Source: Erysipelothrix larvae (GTDB taxonomy: Bacteria > Bacillota_I > Bacilli_A > Erysipelotrichales > Erysipelotrichaceae). Taken from it: 32,000 nt of DNA. Shown piece after piece: positions 8,201 to 16,792 of this stretch. The notes beneath the pieces are model-generated. The model saw only the letters and a program-made list of their open reading frames with translations. It had not been told where the DNA came from and ran no database searches. Location of the stretch: assembly GCF_001545095.1 (NCBI RefSeq), contig NZ_CP013213.1:1980001-2012000 (forward strand), given 5' to 3'. Within the stretch, counting starts at the first letter, position 1, and each line of letters begins with the position of its first letter. Position numbers and translations under genes: made by a program.

Positions 8201-9292
8201 GATGCTTGCATTCAAATCACGATCTTGTGTGATGTTGCAGTTGGAACATTCCCATTGACGTATCTCCAGTGGTTTCTTTCCATCATTATGTCCGCAGTGA
8301 GAACACAGCTGACTGGACGGATACCAGGAATCAATCTTGATTACTTTTTTCCCATACCAATCGGCTTTGTATTCGAGCTTTGCCACAAATTGTGACCACG
8401 ACACATCTGCAATACTCTTTGAATATCGCTTCGTCTTCATCATTTCTTTAACTTTTAAGGTTTCTATACAGAGCACATCATGGTTCTCGATTAGCTCCTT
8501 ACTCACCTTGTTTAAGAAATCATTGCGTCGATTTGCGATCTTCTCATGGATTCGTGCGACTTTTAACTTTTGTTTTTGGTAATTCTTGGCTTCACTCAGC
8601 GGGACACCCCGTTTCTTTGCCTCCCTTTTACGTTTTGATAACTTACGTTGTTCTCGTTTCAGTGTTTGTGCTTCTTGGTTTGTGAACCGTGGGTTTGGAA
8701 TACGTCTTCCATCAGAGAGCACCGCAAAAGCAATCAATCCAAGATCAATCCCAACCTCAGACCCCGTCTTAGGTAGGTGCTCGATTGTTTCTTCGACTAA
8801 GAGTGAGACGTGATAGATTCCTGTTGTACTCCTTGATATCGTTGCGGATTTAATATCACCTTTTGGGTGACGATGCATCTTGATTCTCACAAGACTCTTA
8901 AGTTTTGGCAGTTTAAGGTATTTATGATTTTTAACGGATATTGTTCCCTTTTGATTGTTTGTGGTATAGGACTGCTCCATTTTTCTTGATTTATACTTTG
9001 GCTCACCTACCTTTGGATCTCGATAACAATTCTTAAATGCTCGGTCAAGATTCAATTGTGCATTCGCTAAGGCAAGACTGTCTACTTCCTTCAAATAAGG
9101 GTGATCTTCCTTATACTTTGCAGGTGTTGGAATTTTATCGTTTGTTGGAAGTCCGTTTCGATAATCCTCATTCATTTGAAGCCGCTCTTCAAGCATGAGG
9201 TTATACGTCTTACGAACACAACCAAACGTTTTTGCGAAAAAGGTGATTTGCTCTTGGTTTGGATAAATTCTAAACCTGTAGGCACGTTTCAT
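8159..9292 (-). CDS. tnpB: TnpB (IS605 OrfB) RNA-guided endonuclease
   Basis: 377 aa. RuvC-like motifs are present: VGIDLGL, LCIETLKVKEM and DRDLNASINI. It also has the zinc finger CSHCGHNDGKKPLEIRQWECSNC and the typical N-terminal MKRAYRFRIYPNQEQ. Confidence 0.92.
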   Translation of the reverse strand: MKRAYRFRIYPNQEQITFFAKTFGCVRKTYNLMLEERLQMNEDYRNGLPTNDKIPTPAKYKEDHPYLKEVDSLALANAQLNLDRAFKNCYRDPKVGEPKYKSRKMEQSYTTNNQKGTISVKNHKYLKLPKLKSLVRIKMHRHPKGDIKSATISRSTTGIYHVSLLVEETIEHLPKTGSEVGIDLGLIAFAVLSDGRRIPNPRFTNQEAQTLKREQRKLSKRKREAKKRGVPLSEAKNYQKQKLKVARIHEKIANRRNDFLNKVSKELIENHDVLCIETLKVKEMMKTKRYSKSIADVSWSQFVAKLEYKADWYGKKVIKIDSWYPSSQLCSHCGHNDGKKPLEIRQWECSNCNITQDRDLNASINILNEGLRLSYQS

Positions 9293-9702
9293 CGCTTTTC
9301 CCCCTGTGTCTCAATATACTGTTTCAACACTTCTAGAGGTGCACCACCAACAGAAATCAAGCAGAAACTTTTTGACCAAAAAGCATCTTTCCAAAGGGGT
9401 GCTTTCACTTCTGGAAATACTTTCTTAATCAAGCGACTGCTTGCACTTTTGTAAGCATTGATAAACTTGCTAAGTGGTGTATTTGGATGGGCTTTGAATA
9501 GAATATGAACATGGTCAACATCATGATTCCATTCAATACAGGTGATATTGTAGTTTGGAGCAATGGAAACAAAGATTTCATGAGCCCGTTTCGAAATTGA
9601 ATCGTTGATGACTTTTCTGCGATATTTTGTGACAAAAACCATATGATATGTCAATAAAAACACAGAATGAGCATTATTGTCTAAAACCTGCATATTATGC
9701 AC
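9289..9702 (-). CDS. tnpA: IS200/IS605 family Y1 (HUH) transposase TnpA
   Basis: 137 aa. It carries the HUH motif (DHVHILF) and a C-terminal region with catalytic Y (LKQYIETQ). Size and order relative to tnpB are typical. Confidence 0.92.
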   Translation of the reverse strand: MHNMQVLDNNAHSVFLLTYHMVFVTKYRRKVINDSISKRAHEIFVSIAPNYNITCIEWNHDVDHVHILFKAHPNTPLSKFINAYKSASSRLIKKVFPEVKAPLWKDAFWSKSFCLISVGGAPLEVLKQYIETQGEKR

Positions 9703-9806
9703 TCCCCTTACATTTCTACTGACTATATTATATCATGATTTAAGGGTTAAAGACAGCCAATTCATCCCCCACTTATAGAAGTCGGAGACTTCTTGGCATT
9801 TCTGTT

Positions 9807-9836
9807 AAAAAAGACCTGCCCTTATGAGACAAGTCC
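9807..9836 (-). terminator. Rho-independent terminator of the EAL-like/Spx-like operon
   Basis: The minus strand reads GACTTG-TCTCATAAGG-GCAGGTC (one G-U pair) followed by TTTTTT, 28 nt after the stop at 9864. The IS605 left end begins immediately after it. Confidence 0.55.
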
Positions 9837-9863
9837 TCTTATTTGCATATAACCCCTTAGGGT

Positions 9864-10214
9864 TTATGAGAAATCATCAAACCCTATATTTCTTAACCCC
9901 GATAACACGATTCCATTCTCGACAAATATTGGGAATCGTAATACTTTGGGATTGTTGATGATGAACTGAATCACTTCTGAGACCAACATATCATCAATGC
10001 AGTCTTTTATGAGATGATACGCAGATGATTTTTTCGCAATCAATCCATCAATTCCGGTATCTGAACACACTAAAAGATACTTCACTTCATTATACGTAAG
10101 GGGTCTGGATTTCGTGATGTGATGAATCCGTGCACTTACATTTTTTTCTCTGATTTGTCGCGTCAATAGGCGACACGACTGACTGTTTTGAACAGTATAA
10201 ACTAAAGTTTCGAT
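9864..10214 (-). CDS. Spx/ArsC-family protein with SxxC instead of CxxC; probable non-canonical ATC start
   Basis: The sequence aligns by eye to Spx along its whole length (TLVYTVQNSQSCR..., SDTGIDGLI, NNPKVLRFPI). The track ORF starts at an internal TTG (10166) and so lacks the first strand and helix. The frame stays open up to a TAG at 10227-10229. The only start-like codon there is ATC at 10214, 6 nt after GGGAGGG. Confidence 0.65.
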   Translation of the reverse strand: METLVYTVQNSQSCRLLTRQIREKNVSARIHHITKSRPLTYNEVKYLLVCSDTGIDGLIAKKSSAYHLIKDCIDDMLVSEVIQFIINNPKVLRFPIFVENGIVLSGLRNIGFDDFS

Positions 10215-10237
10215 GCTAAACCCTCCCTAATTTTCCA

Positions 10238-11068
10238 CTAATCACATTGACTACAAAGACTGATCAAATCAGAAACACTCATGGGTTCATGAAAGATTGC
10301 GCCTTGCATAAAATCCACACCCAGACATTGAATCATGGTTGCTTGTGTTTTATCCTGTATTCCATGTGCGATTGTTGTGACATTTTTACACTGACAAAGT
10401 CCAACAATTGACTCAAATAATGATCCAACTTGAAACTCATCATGTAATGGCTTATTGGGAATAAATTGCTGATCAATTTTAATCATCGACAACGGCAAGC
10501 GATTAATGCATTCCAATGTCTTGAATCCCGTTTCGTATTTACTAAGTGCAAAGGAAAACCCTTGTTCGCAAAGTTTTGTTAAAACCGACTCAACCAGATC
10601 AAGATTCTCAATGGCTTCATGATCTGGAATCACAATTAAGATATCTTTTAAAGAATTATTAAACATGTGAAGCGTTTTACAAATATATTCAACATATCCT
10701 TCCGAAATCAGCTGTCGAATTGAGATGGTGATACTAAACCGTAGTGTTTTCTCAATTCTTTTTTTCATAAAACTCATGGTTTCACTAAACAGACGTAAGA
10801 TATGAATCCCAAAAGGGATGCAAAGCGAACACATTTCAATTTTCCTTGAAAAGTCATTGCAACAGATATATCCATAGGTAGGGTGTTGCCAATAAACAAG
10901 TGTTTCCACAACTTCAATTGATTGTGTTTGGGTACACAAAATCGGATGAAACAACAATTTAAATTCCTGTTTGTCCATCCCTTGAAGCACTTGTGCCACA
11001 AACTCACTATGGTCTAGATCAATTATTTCTGTTGATATTCTTTGGGTTGTGCGCTCTTTATCCATCAT
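10238..11068 (-). CDS. EAL-fold protein with degenerate active site (probably non-catalytic)
   Basis: 276 aa. The EAL-domain layout is recognisable (FHPIL...VETLVYW, IKIDQQFI, MQGAIFHEP). The catalytic motifs are replaced: EAL.R reads ETLVY, N reads S (ITISI), E..E reads VIPD, DDFGTG reads SKYETG, and AEGVE reads AHGIQ. Confidence 0.75.
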   Translation of the reverse strand: MMDKERTTQRISTEIIDLDHSEFVAQVLQGMDKQEFKLLFHPILCTQTQSIEVVETLVYWQHPTYGYICCNDFSRKIEMCSLCIPFGIHILRLFSETMSFMKKRIEKTLRFSITISIRQLISEGYVEYICKTLHMFNNSLKDILIVIPDHEAIENLDLVESVLTKLCEQGFSFALSKYETGFKTLECINRLPLSMIKIDQQFIPNKPLHDEFQVGSLFESIVGLCQCKNVTTIAHGIQDKTQATMIQCLGVDFMQGAIFHEPMSVSDLISLCSQCD

Positions 11069-11263
11069 ACGGTCTTCTCTTCTACATGTGCATCATAATA
11101 ACACACACCACCCAGTATTTAATCCAGACCGATGTGTGGTTTTGTCTTATGTGTTGATTTATGATTCAATGATAAAACAATGAATCAAACTAACATTATT
11201 ATAACGAAACCATTTCGATTAATCGTGATGATATTTTTCTTTAGTAGGGAAATTTTTATAAAT

Positions 11264-11300
11264 AAGCGGAAACTCTGATAGTACTAGAGTTTCCACTTAT
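11264..11300 (-). terminator. Possible terminator downstream of the adhesin gene
   Basis: A 13-bp stem with one wobble pair (AAGCGGAAACTCT/AGAGTTTCCACTT). The minus-strand tail is A/T-rich rather than a clean U-tract. Confidence 0.4.
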
Positions 11301-11374
11301 TGGTTTGTTGATGGGATTAAGGCTTATTTAGCCTTTCATTAATGCCCTCCCACTTCAATCATCTCAACGCGTTT

Positions 11375-14300
11375 TTATTTCTTCTTTGGTGCTTTTCGAC
11401 GGATTGAAACAAGAATCAATCCAAGACCACACACTACTGCAAGGGTTGCAAGGATCATGGTAGGATCGTGTTGCATTCCGGTTGAAGGAAGCACAGGTGC
11501 TGGTCGTACTGGCGTTGGCGTTACTGGTGGATTTGGAATTGTTTTCTTACCAGTATCCGGAATAATTGGGGCTCTATATGTATTCGTAATGGTGAGCCCA
11601 TTCACACGTTTTTGATAATTAGCAGGTACATTGACTTCATCAACACTGTAAACATATGCTTTTCCATTTGCATCGGTTGCATCAAGATCAAACCATGTAT
11701 ACGTCAAAACTCCGTTCACTAAGGTTATCGGTGTGTCAACTGCAAGGCCATCTCGATAGAGTTGCACTTGAATTGATGGATGGGTGGTTGGACCACCATC
11801 CCACACTTTATTCACAACAAGGTTAGTCTTAGGAATCACATAGGTGTTGGAAATAACAAACCCTTCAACACGCTTGGCATAATTTTCTAAAACTGTCACT
11901 TCATCAACACGGTATTCATAGTTGACACCGTTTTGATCGGTTACATCAAGATTGATGAAGGTGAATTTTTCCACACCATTCACAAGTGTTATTGGAGTTC
12001 CAAATGGTACGTCATTGCGATAGAGTTGGAGTTCAATTGTTGGGTGGTCATCGGATCCTCCAACCCATTCTTTCCAAACGTCAATGTTTCGTTTTGGACT
12101 CACATAGGTGTTGATAATCTTAAAGTTTTCAACACGTTTCGTATAGTTTTCTGGAACATTTACTTCATCAACAGTGTATGTATATTTGACACCCTTGGTA
12201 TCCGTTTCATCCATGCCACTCCATGTGTGACTCACTTTACCTGCGCTAAATGTGACAGGATCACCCAAAGCAACCTGATCTCGATACAGTTGAACTTGGA
12301 TTTCTGGACGATTTGTGTGGCCGCCCACCCACATTTTCTCAACGGTAATGTCGATCTTTGGAATCACGTAGGTGTTGGTAATGACAAAGTCAGCAACACG
12401 TTTGGTATAGTGTGCAGGAACATTTACTTCGTCAACGGTATATGTATATTTGACGCCATTGATATCCGTTTCATCCATGCCACCCCATGTGTGACTCACT
12501 TTACCTGCACTAAATGTGACAGGATCACCTAAAGCGATTTTATCGCGATACAGCTGAACTTGAATTTCTGGACGATCAGTTTGGCCGCCTTCCCACATTT
12601 TCTCAACGGTAATGTCGATCTTTGGAATCACGTAGGTGTTGGTAATTATAAAGTTATCAACACGTTTGGTATAGTGTGCAGGAACATTTACTTCATCAAC
12701 GGTATACGTATATTTGACGCCATTGATATCCGTTTCATCCATGCCACCCCATGTGTGACTCACTTTACCTGCACTAAATGTGACAGGATCACCTAAAGCA
12801 ATCTGATCACGATACAGTTGAACTTGGATTTCTGGACGATCGGTATGGCCGCCTTCCCACATTTTCTCAACGGTAATGTCGATCTTTGGAATCACATAGG
12901 TGTTGGTAATGGTGAGATCTTTTCTGGATTTAGTATAGTTTTGTGGCACATTTTTCTCATCAATTGTGTAAACATACGGATTGCCTTTCTTATCAGTGAG
13001 TGGTATATCCCTGATGATTGTGGTGCCACTTTCTCCACTGATCACGATATGATCCAGGTATACCACGTCATTTTGGTACAAGGTCACCTCAATATCTGGT
13101 CGTGGTGATGGTCCCCCTTCCCAAACTTTATTAAGGATTAACTCTGTGAATGGAACTTGATACACATTATCGAAAACGATGTTTGGGGCATCACTGGTCA
13201 ATGTTCCTGATAAATTTCTAGATTGCGGTGATACTTTATAGCGCTCATTGAATGCTTCAGTAACACTATAGGTTGAGCCAATCCGTAAATCAAACACAGC
13301 AATTCTCTCAGCGTTTTTCAAATAGAAAAGTCCATCGGTTATGGTTATCGGTTTTTCAGTACCTCCAGAGTAGAAAGTTGCACCACCATTATATGGGCTT
13401 CCATCGATCAACAACTCAAATTCAAAGGATTCATCGATATCCAAGAGCGCTCCATCCTCATTTTTCACCGTTTTAAAGACAGCCAACCCCGTATAAACAG
13501 AGATGAATCCAGCATTGACACGTGCCGTTGGCTTTTCCAGTGATAAAGTAAAGGCTTCGGAGCTTAGGTCATTGGTAGCACGTTTAACATGACTTTCCAT
13601 TGGCCCCGTTCCAAGTCGAGTAACGTCATATTCTGGATGAATCGGAACAGCAACTCGATACGAACCTGCTTTGTTTGTGATGAACTGATAATACCCATTT
13701 GCATCTGTATCAACACGATCGATTGGTCGATTTTGACTGTCATAGAGTGTGACGGTATACGGTTTTATCGGTTGATCGTTGGTCTTAGGATCAAAGATAC
13801 CATCTGCGTCTTCATCAAAGAATACATAGCCATCAATGGTATACTCAGAAAGTGTCAGTATTGCGAAATTAGACTCAAGGAAGTCTTCTGAGTTTGGCGT
13901 TAAGAGCCCCACTGAATTTATCGCAACATCCTTACTTCCAAGTATTGGATTATCCGGAACATTAACAGGTATATCAAAGATGGCTTCTTCATTGACATCC
14001 AATTTTTGATCGTTTCGTAAGACGATTTTGAGTGCAGTTACTGCCGCAAAGCTTTTAGGTTGTGATACCCAGCTTGCGTTTGAATTGAAATCATGCATAT
14101 CTTCAGTTGGTATTGTTGTTGTATAAAATACCTCAAACTTGTCCGTCTTGCTTATCGGACCCGCTAATTTCACATTGAATGTTGAATTACGATTTACGCG
14201 TGCATCCTGAGAATCCTTTGCAACAGTGCGGTCATTTGGTGTTGGTAGAAGGTCAATCAAGGTGATTTCACTGAATGCTTCATCCGTATAGTTTTTAAGA

Positions 14301-16531
14301 TGAATTCGATACGTTGCAGTGCCACCGACACTTGATGTTCCTTTGAGTGGTGCTGCCACAAAATCACGGTCAGCATCGCCTTTTACTTTTTTACTGATAA
14401 ACAATACTTTATCCGGAAGGTAATTAAACTTCGCATCCGATTGCGATAGCAATACTTTTCCAGTCCCTAAGCTTGTTATATTATAGATATCAGAAACAAT
14501 TCGTGAATAATCGGTTTTCACTGGTTTCACAACATCCGAATTTGTCCATGAAAGAATGGATTGATTCGTATTTAGACCTTCTGGTGTATCATTTGTAACC
14601 ATGGCACTATACGTAATTACCACCGGTATATTCCATGAATTTGGTTTAACATCAGACCCTTTAATATCTTTTAACAACCAACTGATTGATGTCAACCCCG
14701 TATCCATAAAGTTACGGTATATGTATGGTTCTCTTAATGTCGATGAATGAATGCTTACATCAAAGTTATTGAGTGGAAAACTCACTGTGGCAGAACCCCC
14801 TATATATTCCAACCCCATTGGTAATATATCGACAAGTGCGTTTGTTTTTAGGATTGTTTCCCCAACAATGTCTTTTACATTGACTTCAAGTTTAAAATGG
14901 ATGGTACTTCCAGGCACAAAATTACAATTGCCTTCGCTCCATTGCTTCCCATCTTCACCAATGATGGTTTTCTTGATAAATGCCTGTGGGTCGCCATCGG
15001 TGAGTTTTAGCTTACCGGTAATACCGATATCGATTGGATCATTTAGACCATTGTGTCCGGTAACCCGCGCAGAGTTTTCAAGGGATCGTGTTTTTTCACC
15101 CGCATTCAGAATTTTCTTGGTTGGATCGATAAATTTCGTATAAATTTCAAAGCTCAGTGATCGATCACCGCCCTTTAAATACCCATCACCGTCTGATTTT
15201 AATGTGACATTTTGCACACCATCAGGAATCTCTTTTTCAAAAGCGGTGGTTGCAGGTTGTTTCTCAACAAGTGCTTCAGTTTTATCCCCATAATCTAAGT
15301 AGATACTGTAGGTTCCCACGTAGTTATAGGATCTTGGCACCTTAATTTTTGAGTACTTCAGGTTTGAATCAAGGTTAAAATCCATGAGGGAAATGTTGTA
15401 TATCTGAGACTCTGGATTATCTTGTAATGCAAGATTCTTAAAGACTACATTCCACAACACTTCTTGTTCTTTGGAACGCTCAATATCAAAAACAGTCGTC
15501 AGCGTTGACTTAGTGAGTCGATACTGTTCAAGTATTCCCAGTTTAAACGTAATTGAATCACTGACAACTTTATTTTGTTCAAAGTCTTTTTTCTCATGTG
15601 GAACCAGCGTCAATGTGGCACTATTTGTATAGTCTTTATCAAGCGCTCCACCAGGGAAAATTACATGTAAATAAGGGGTAAGCCGTATATCTTTTAGCAT
15701 ACTTGGTTCATTCAAATTATACGTATACGTTACAATACGGGTCTTTTCATCATAAGTCCAGTCTTCATTATGCTCCTGAACAAATTCTGCCCCTTCTGGT
15801 AAAATATCCGAGACAAGTATTTGAGAATAGAATCGATTTCCATAATTCTCCGTTCTATTGAGTTTATAGGAAAATGCAACGTTCCTTAATTTTGAAGGAT
15901 CTTTACTCAGGATTGTTGGATCATTCTCATCCGGAATGCCTGCAGGTGCAACTTTCCCATCCACATCTTGCCAATTACCAGCAAAGACTGCTTTTTTGAA
16001 AGTAGGTGCTTCGGTAACGATGACATATTCCTTTTCTGCTTTACCGATTGTTACCTTATTATTTGTTTCATAATCAGCAGCAACATTAAACGTGTATCCG
16101 TCTGGTGTATTTCCATCTTCAGTATTAATTGTAATCGCTGTGCTGATTGAACCCGCGGTTCCTAAGTTTCCAATATCATAAATTATCTTATAAGAGGTTT
16201 CATCTTCTTCTAAAGTAATCCCCTTGATTGGACCATCTTTATGATATGTGATTGAATCCTTTGGAATATATTGCTTAGGAATTGTTACTGTAAGTTTTGA
16301 TCCTTCTTCATTGGTAACAAGTGCAGATATATTAGCCGATACATAGAATGTAATCTGTTCATGTGAACGATATTCACTCCTTTCGCCTTCCCCGTTAGAA
16401 TTGGTAGTAATCTTAACGTATTGGTTTCCTCCTAAGCTTCCATCATCCAACGCATGCGTAGTTGATGAAGAGATTAGCGATGAAAAAGCAAGCAAACTTG
16501 CTAAAATAAAGGTCATAATCTTTCGATTCAT
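11375..16531 (-). CDS. LPXTG-anchored cell-wall adhesin with SdrD-B-like and six Cna-B-type repeat domains
   Basis: 1718 aa. Signal peptide MNRKIMTFILASLLAFSSLISSSTTHA. A long beta-rich N-terminal region is followed by a DGYVFFDEDADG...DANGYYQF (SdrD B-like) domain and six 88-aa Cna-B-type repeats (KxWxGG...RP.I.V.LYR...YTVDE..VP..Y). The C-terminal sorting signal is LPSTG (11477-11491) plus a TM helix plus RRKAPKKK. Confidence 0.92.
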   Translation of the reverse strand: MNRKIMTFILASLLAFSSLISSSTTHALDDGSLGGNQYVKITTNSNGEGERSEYRSHEQITFYVSANISALVTNEEGSKLTVTIPKQYIPKDSITYHKDGPIKGITLEEDETSYKIIYDIGNLGTAGSISTAITINTEDGNTPDGYTFNVAADYETNNKVTIGKAEKEYVIVTEAPTFKKAVFAGNWQDVDGKVAPAGIPDENDPTILSKDPSKLRNVAFSYKLNRTENYGNRFYSQILVSDILPEGAEFVQEHNEDWTYDEKTRIVTYTYNLNEPSMLKDIRLTPYLHVIFPGGALDKDYTNSATLTLVPHEKKDFEQNKVVSDSITFKLGILEQYRLTKSTLTTVFDIERSKEQEVLWNVVFKNLALQDNPESQIYNISLMDFNLDSNLKYSKIKVPRSYNYVGTYSIYLDYGDKTEALVEKQPATTAFEKEIPDGVQNVTLKSDGDGYLKGGDRSLSFEIYTKFIDPTKKILNAGEKTRSLENSARVTGHNGLNDPIDIGITGKLKLTDGDPQAFIKKTIIGEDGKQWSEGNCNFVPGSTIHFKLEVNVKDIVGETILKTNALVDILPMGLEYIGGSATVSFPLNNFDVSIHSSTLREPYIYRNFMDTGLTSISWLLKDIKGSDVKPNSWNIPVVITYSAMVTNDTPEGLNTNQSILSWTNSDVVKPVKTDYSRIVSDIYNITSLGTGKVLLSQSDAKFNYLPDKVLFISKKVKGDADRDFVAAPLKGTSSVGGTATYRIHLKNYTDEAFSEITLIDLLPTPNDRTVAKDSQDARVNRNSTFNVKLAGPISKTDKFEVFYTTTIPTEDMHDFNSNASWVSQPKSFAAVTALKIVLRNDQKLDVNEEAIFDIPVNVPDNPILGSKDVAINSVGLLTPNSEDFLESNFAILTLSEYTIDGYVFFDEDADGIFDPKTNDQPIKPYTVTLYDSQNRPIDRVDTDANGYYQFITNKAGSYRVAVPIHPEYDVTRLGTGPMESHVKRATNDLSSEAFTLSLEKPTARVNAGFISVYTGLAVFKTVKNEDGALLDIDESFEFELLIDGSPYNGGATFYSGGTEKPITITDGLFYLKNAERIAVFDLRIGSTYSVTEAFNERYKVSPQSRNLSGTLTSDAPNIVFDNVYQVPFTELILNKVWEGGPSPRPDIEVTLYQNDVVYLDHIVISGESGTTIIRDIPLTDKKGNPYVYTIDEKNVPQNYTKSRKDLTITNTYVIPKIDITVEKMWEGGHTDRPEIQVQLYRDQIALGDPVTFSAGKVSHTWGGMDETDINGVKYTYTVDEVNVPAHYTKRVDNFIITNTYVIPKIDITVEKMWEGGQTDRPEIQVQLYRDKIALGDPVTFSAGKVSHTWGGMDETDINGVKYTYTVDEVNVPAHYTKRVADFVITNTYVIPKIDITVEKMWVGGHTNRPEIQVQLYRDQVALGDPVTFSAGKVSHTWSGMDETDTKGVKYTYTVDEVNVPENYTKRVENFKIINTYVSPKRNIDVWKEWVGGSDDHPTIELQLYRNDVPFGTPITLVNGVEKFTFINLDVTDQNGVNYEYRVDEVTVLENYAKRVEGFVISNTYVIPKTNLVVNKVWDGGPTTHPSIQVQLYRDGLAVDTPITLVNGVLTYTWFDLDATDANGKAYVYSVDEVNVPANYQKRVNGLTITNTYRAPIIPDTGKKTIPNPPVTPTPVRPAPVLPSTGMQHDPTMILATLAVVCGLGLILVSIRRKAPKKK
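11567..13150 (-). repeat. Six tandem 264-bp (88-aa) Cna-B-type coding repeats; the three central copies are nearly identical
   Basis: The 264-bp periodicity is visible directly: TTTGGAATCAC(G/A)TAGGTGTTGGTAAT occurs at 12357, 12621 and 12885. The copies at about 12095-12886 differ by only a few residues. Confidence 0.9.
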
Positions 16532-16670
16532 ACACTTTCTCCTTTTATATTATAGGGTGGCTCCGGGTGGGTATTGCCTATCCCTTCACCCTATTAACGA
16601 TTCAATTTATCGAAAAGACTCAATAATTTATGACTATTTATGGAACACTTATGAATCGGTGTACCCATAT

Positions 16671-16711
16671 AAAAATGCACCCATTCCTTGTGTGGAACAC
16701 GTGCATTTTTT
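16671..16711 (-). terminator. Terminator between the Mga-like regulator and the adhesin gene
   Basis: AAAAATGCAC...GTGCATTTTT with an inner TTCC/GGAA extension. A U-tract is present on both strands. It lies 82 nt after the regulator stop at 16793. Confidence 0.55.
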
Positions 16712-16792
16712 GAATTGATTATAATATTATAGTCCTTATTTTAAAGAATGTTATCAGCCATTCTCATGGATGACAATCATGCGTGTGTGTGT

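Larger units (their letters stand above)
8005..9806 (-). mobile_element. IS200/IS605-family insertion sequence (tnpA + tnpB); ends approximate
   Basis: A Y1 transposase gene and a TnpB gene overlap by 4 nt. Both ends carry the same directly oriented motif on the + strand, CCCCCACTTA...CTTCTTG (8024-8060 and 9766-9796), with hairpins. There are no terminal inverted repeats, as expected for this family. Confidence 0.85.

Noticed and set aside
11933-13108. Three + strand ORFs (199, 78 and 96 aa) with mutually similar sequences.
   Set aside because: They lie antisense to the 264-bp Cna-B repeats of the adhesin gene. Their similarity to each other simply mirrors the repeat. There are no start-site signals.
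11567-13150. Regular tandem repeats that might be mistaken for a CRISPR array. The same applies to the 21-bp array at 25202-25369.
   Set aside because: The repeats are contiguous, with no unique spacers. They are in frame within long ORFs and encode recognisable protein modules. No cas genes are present.
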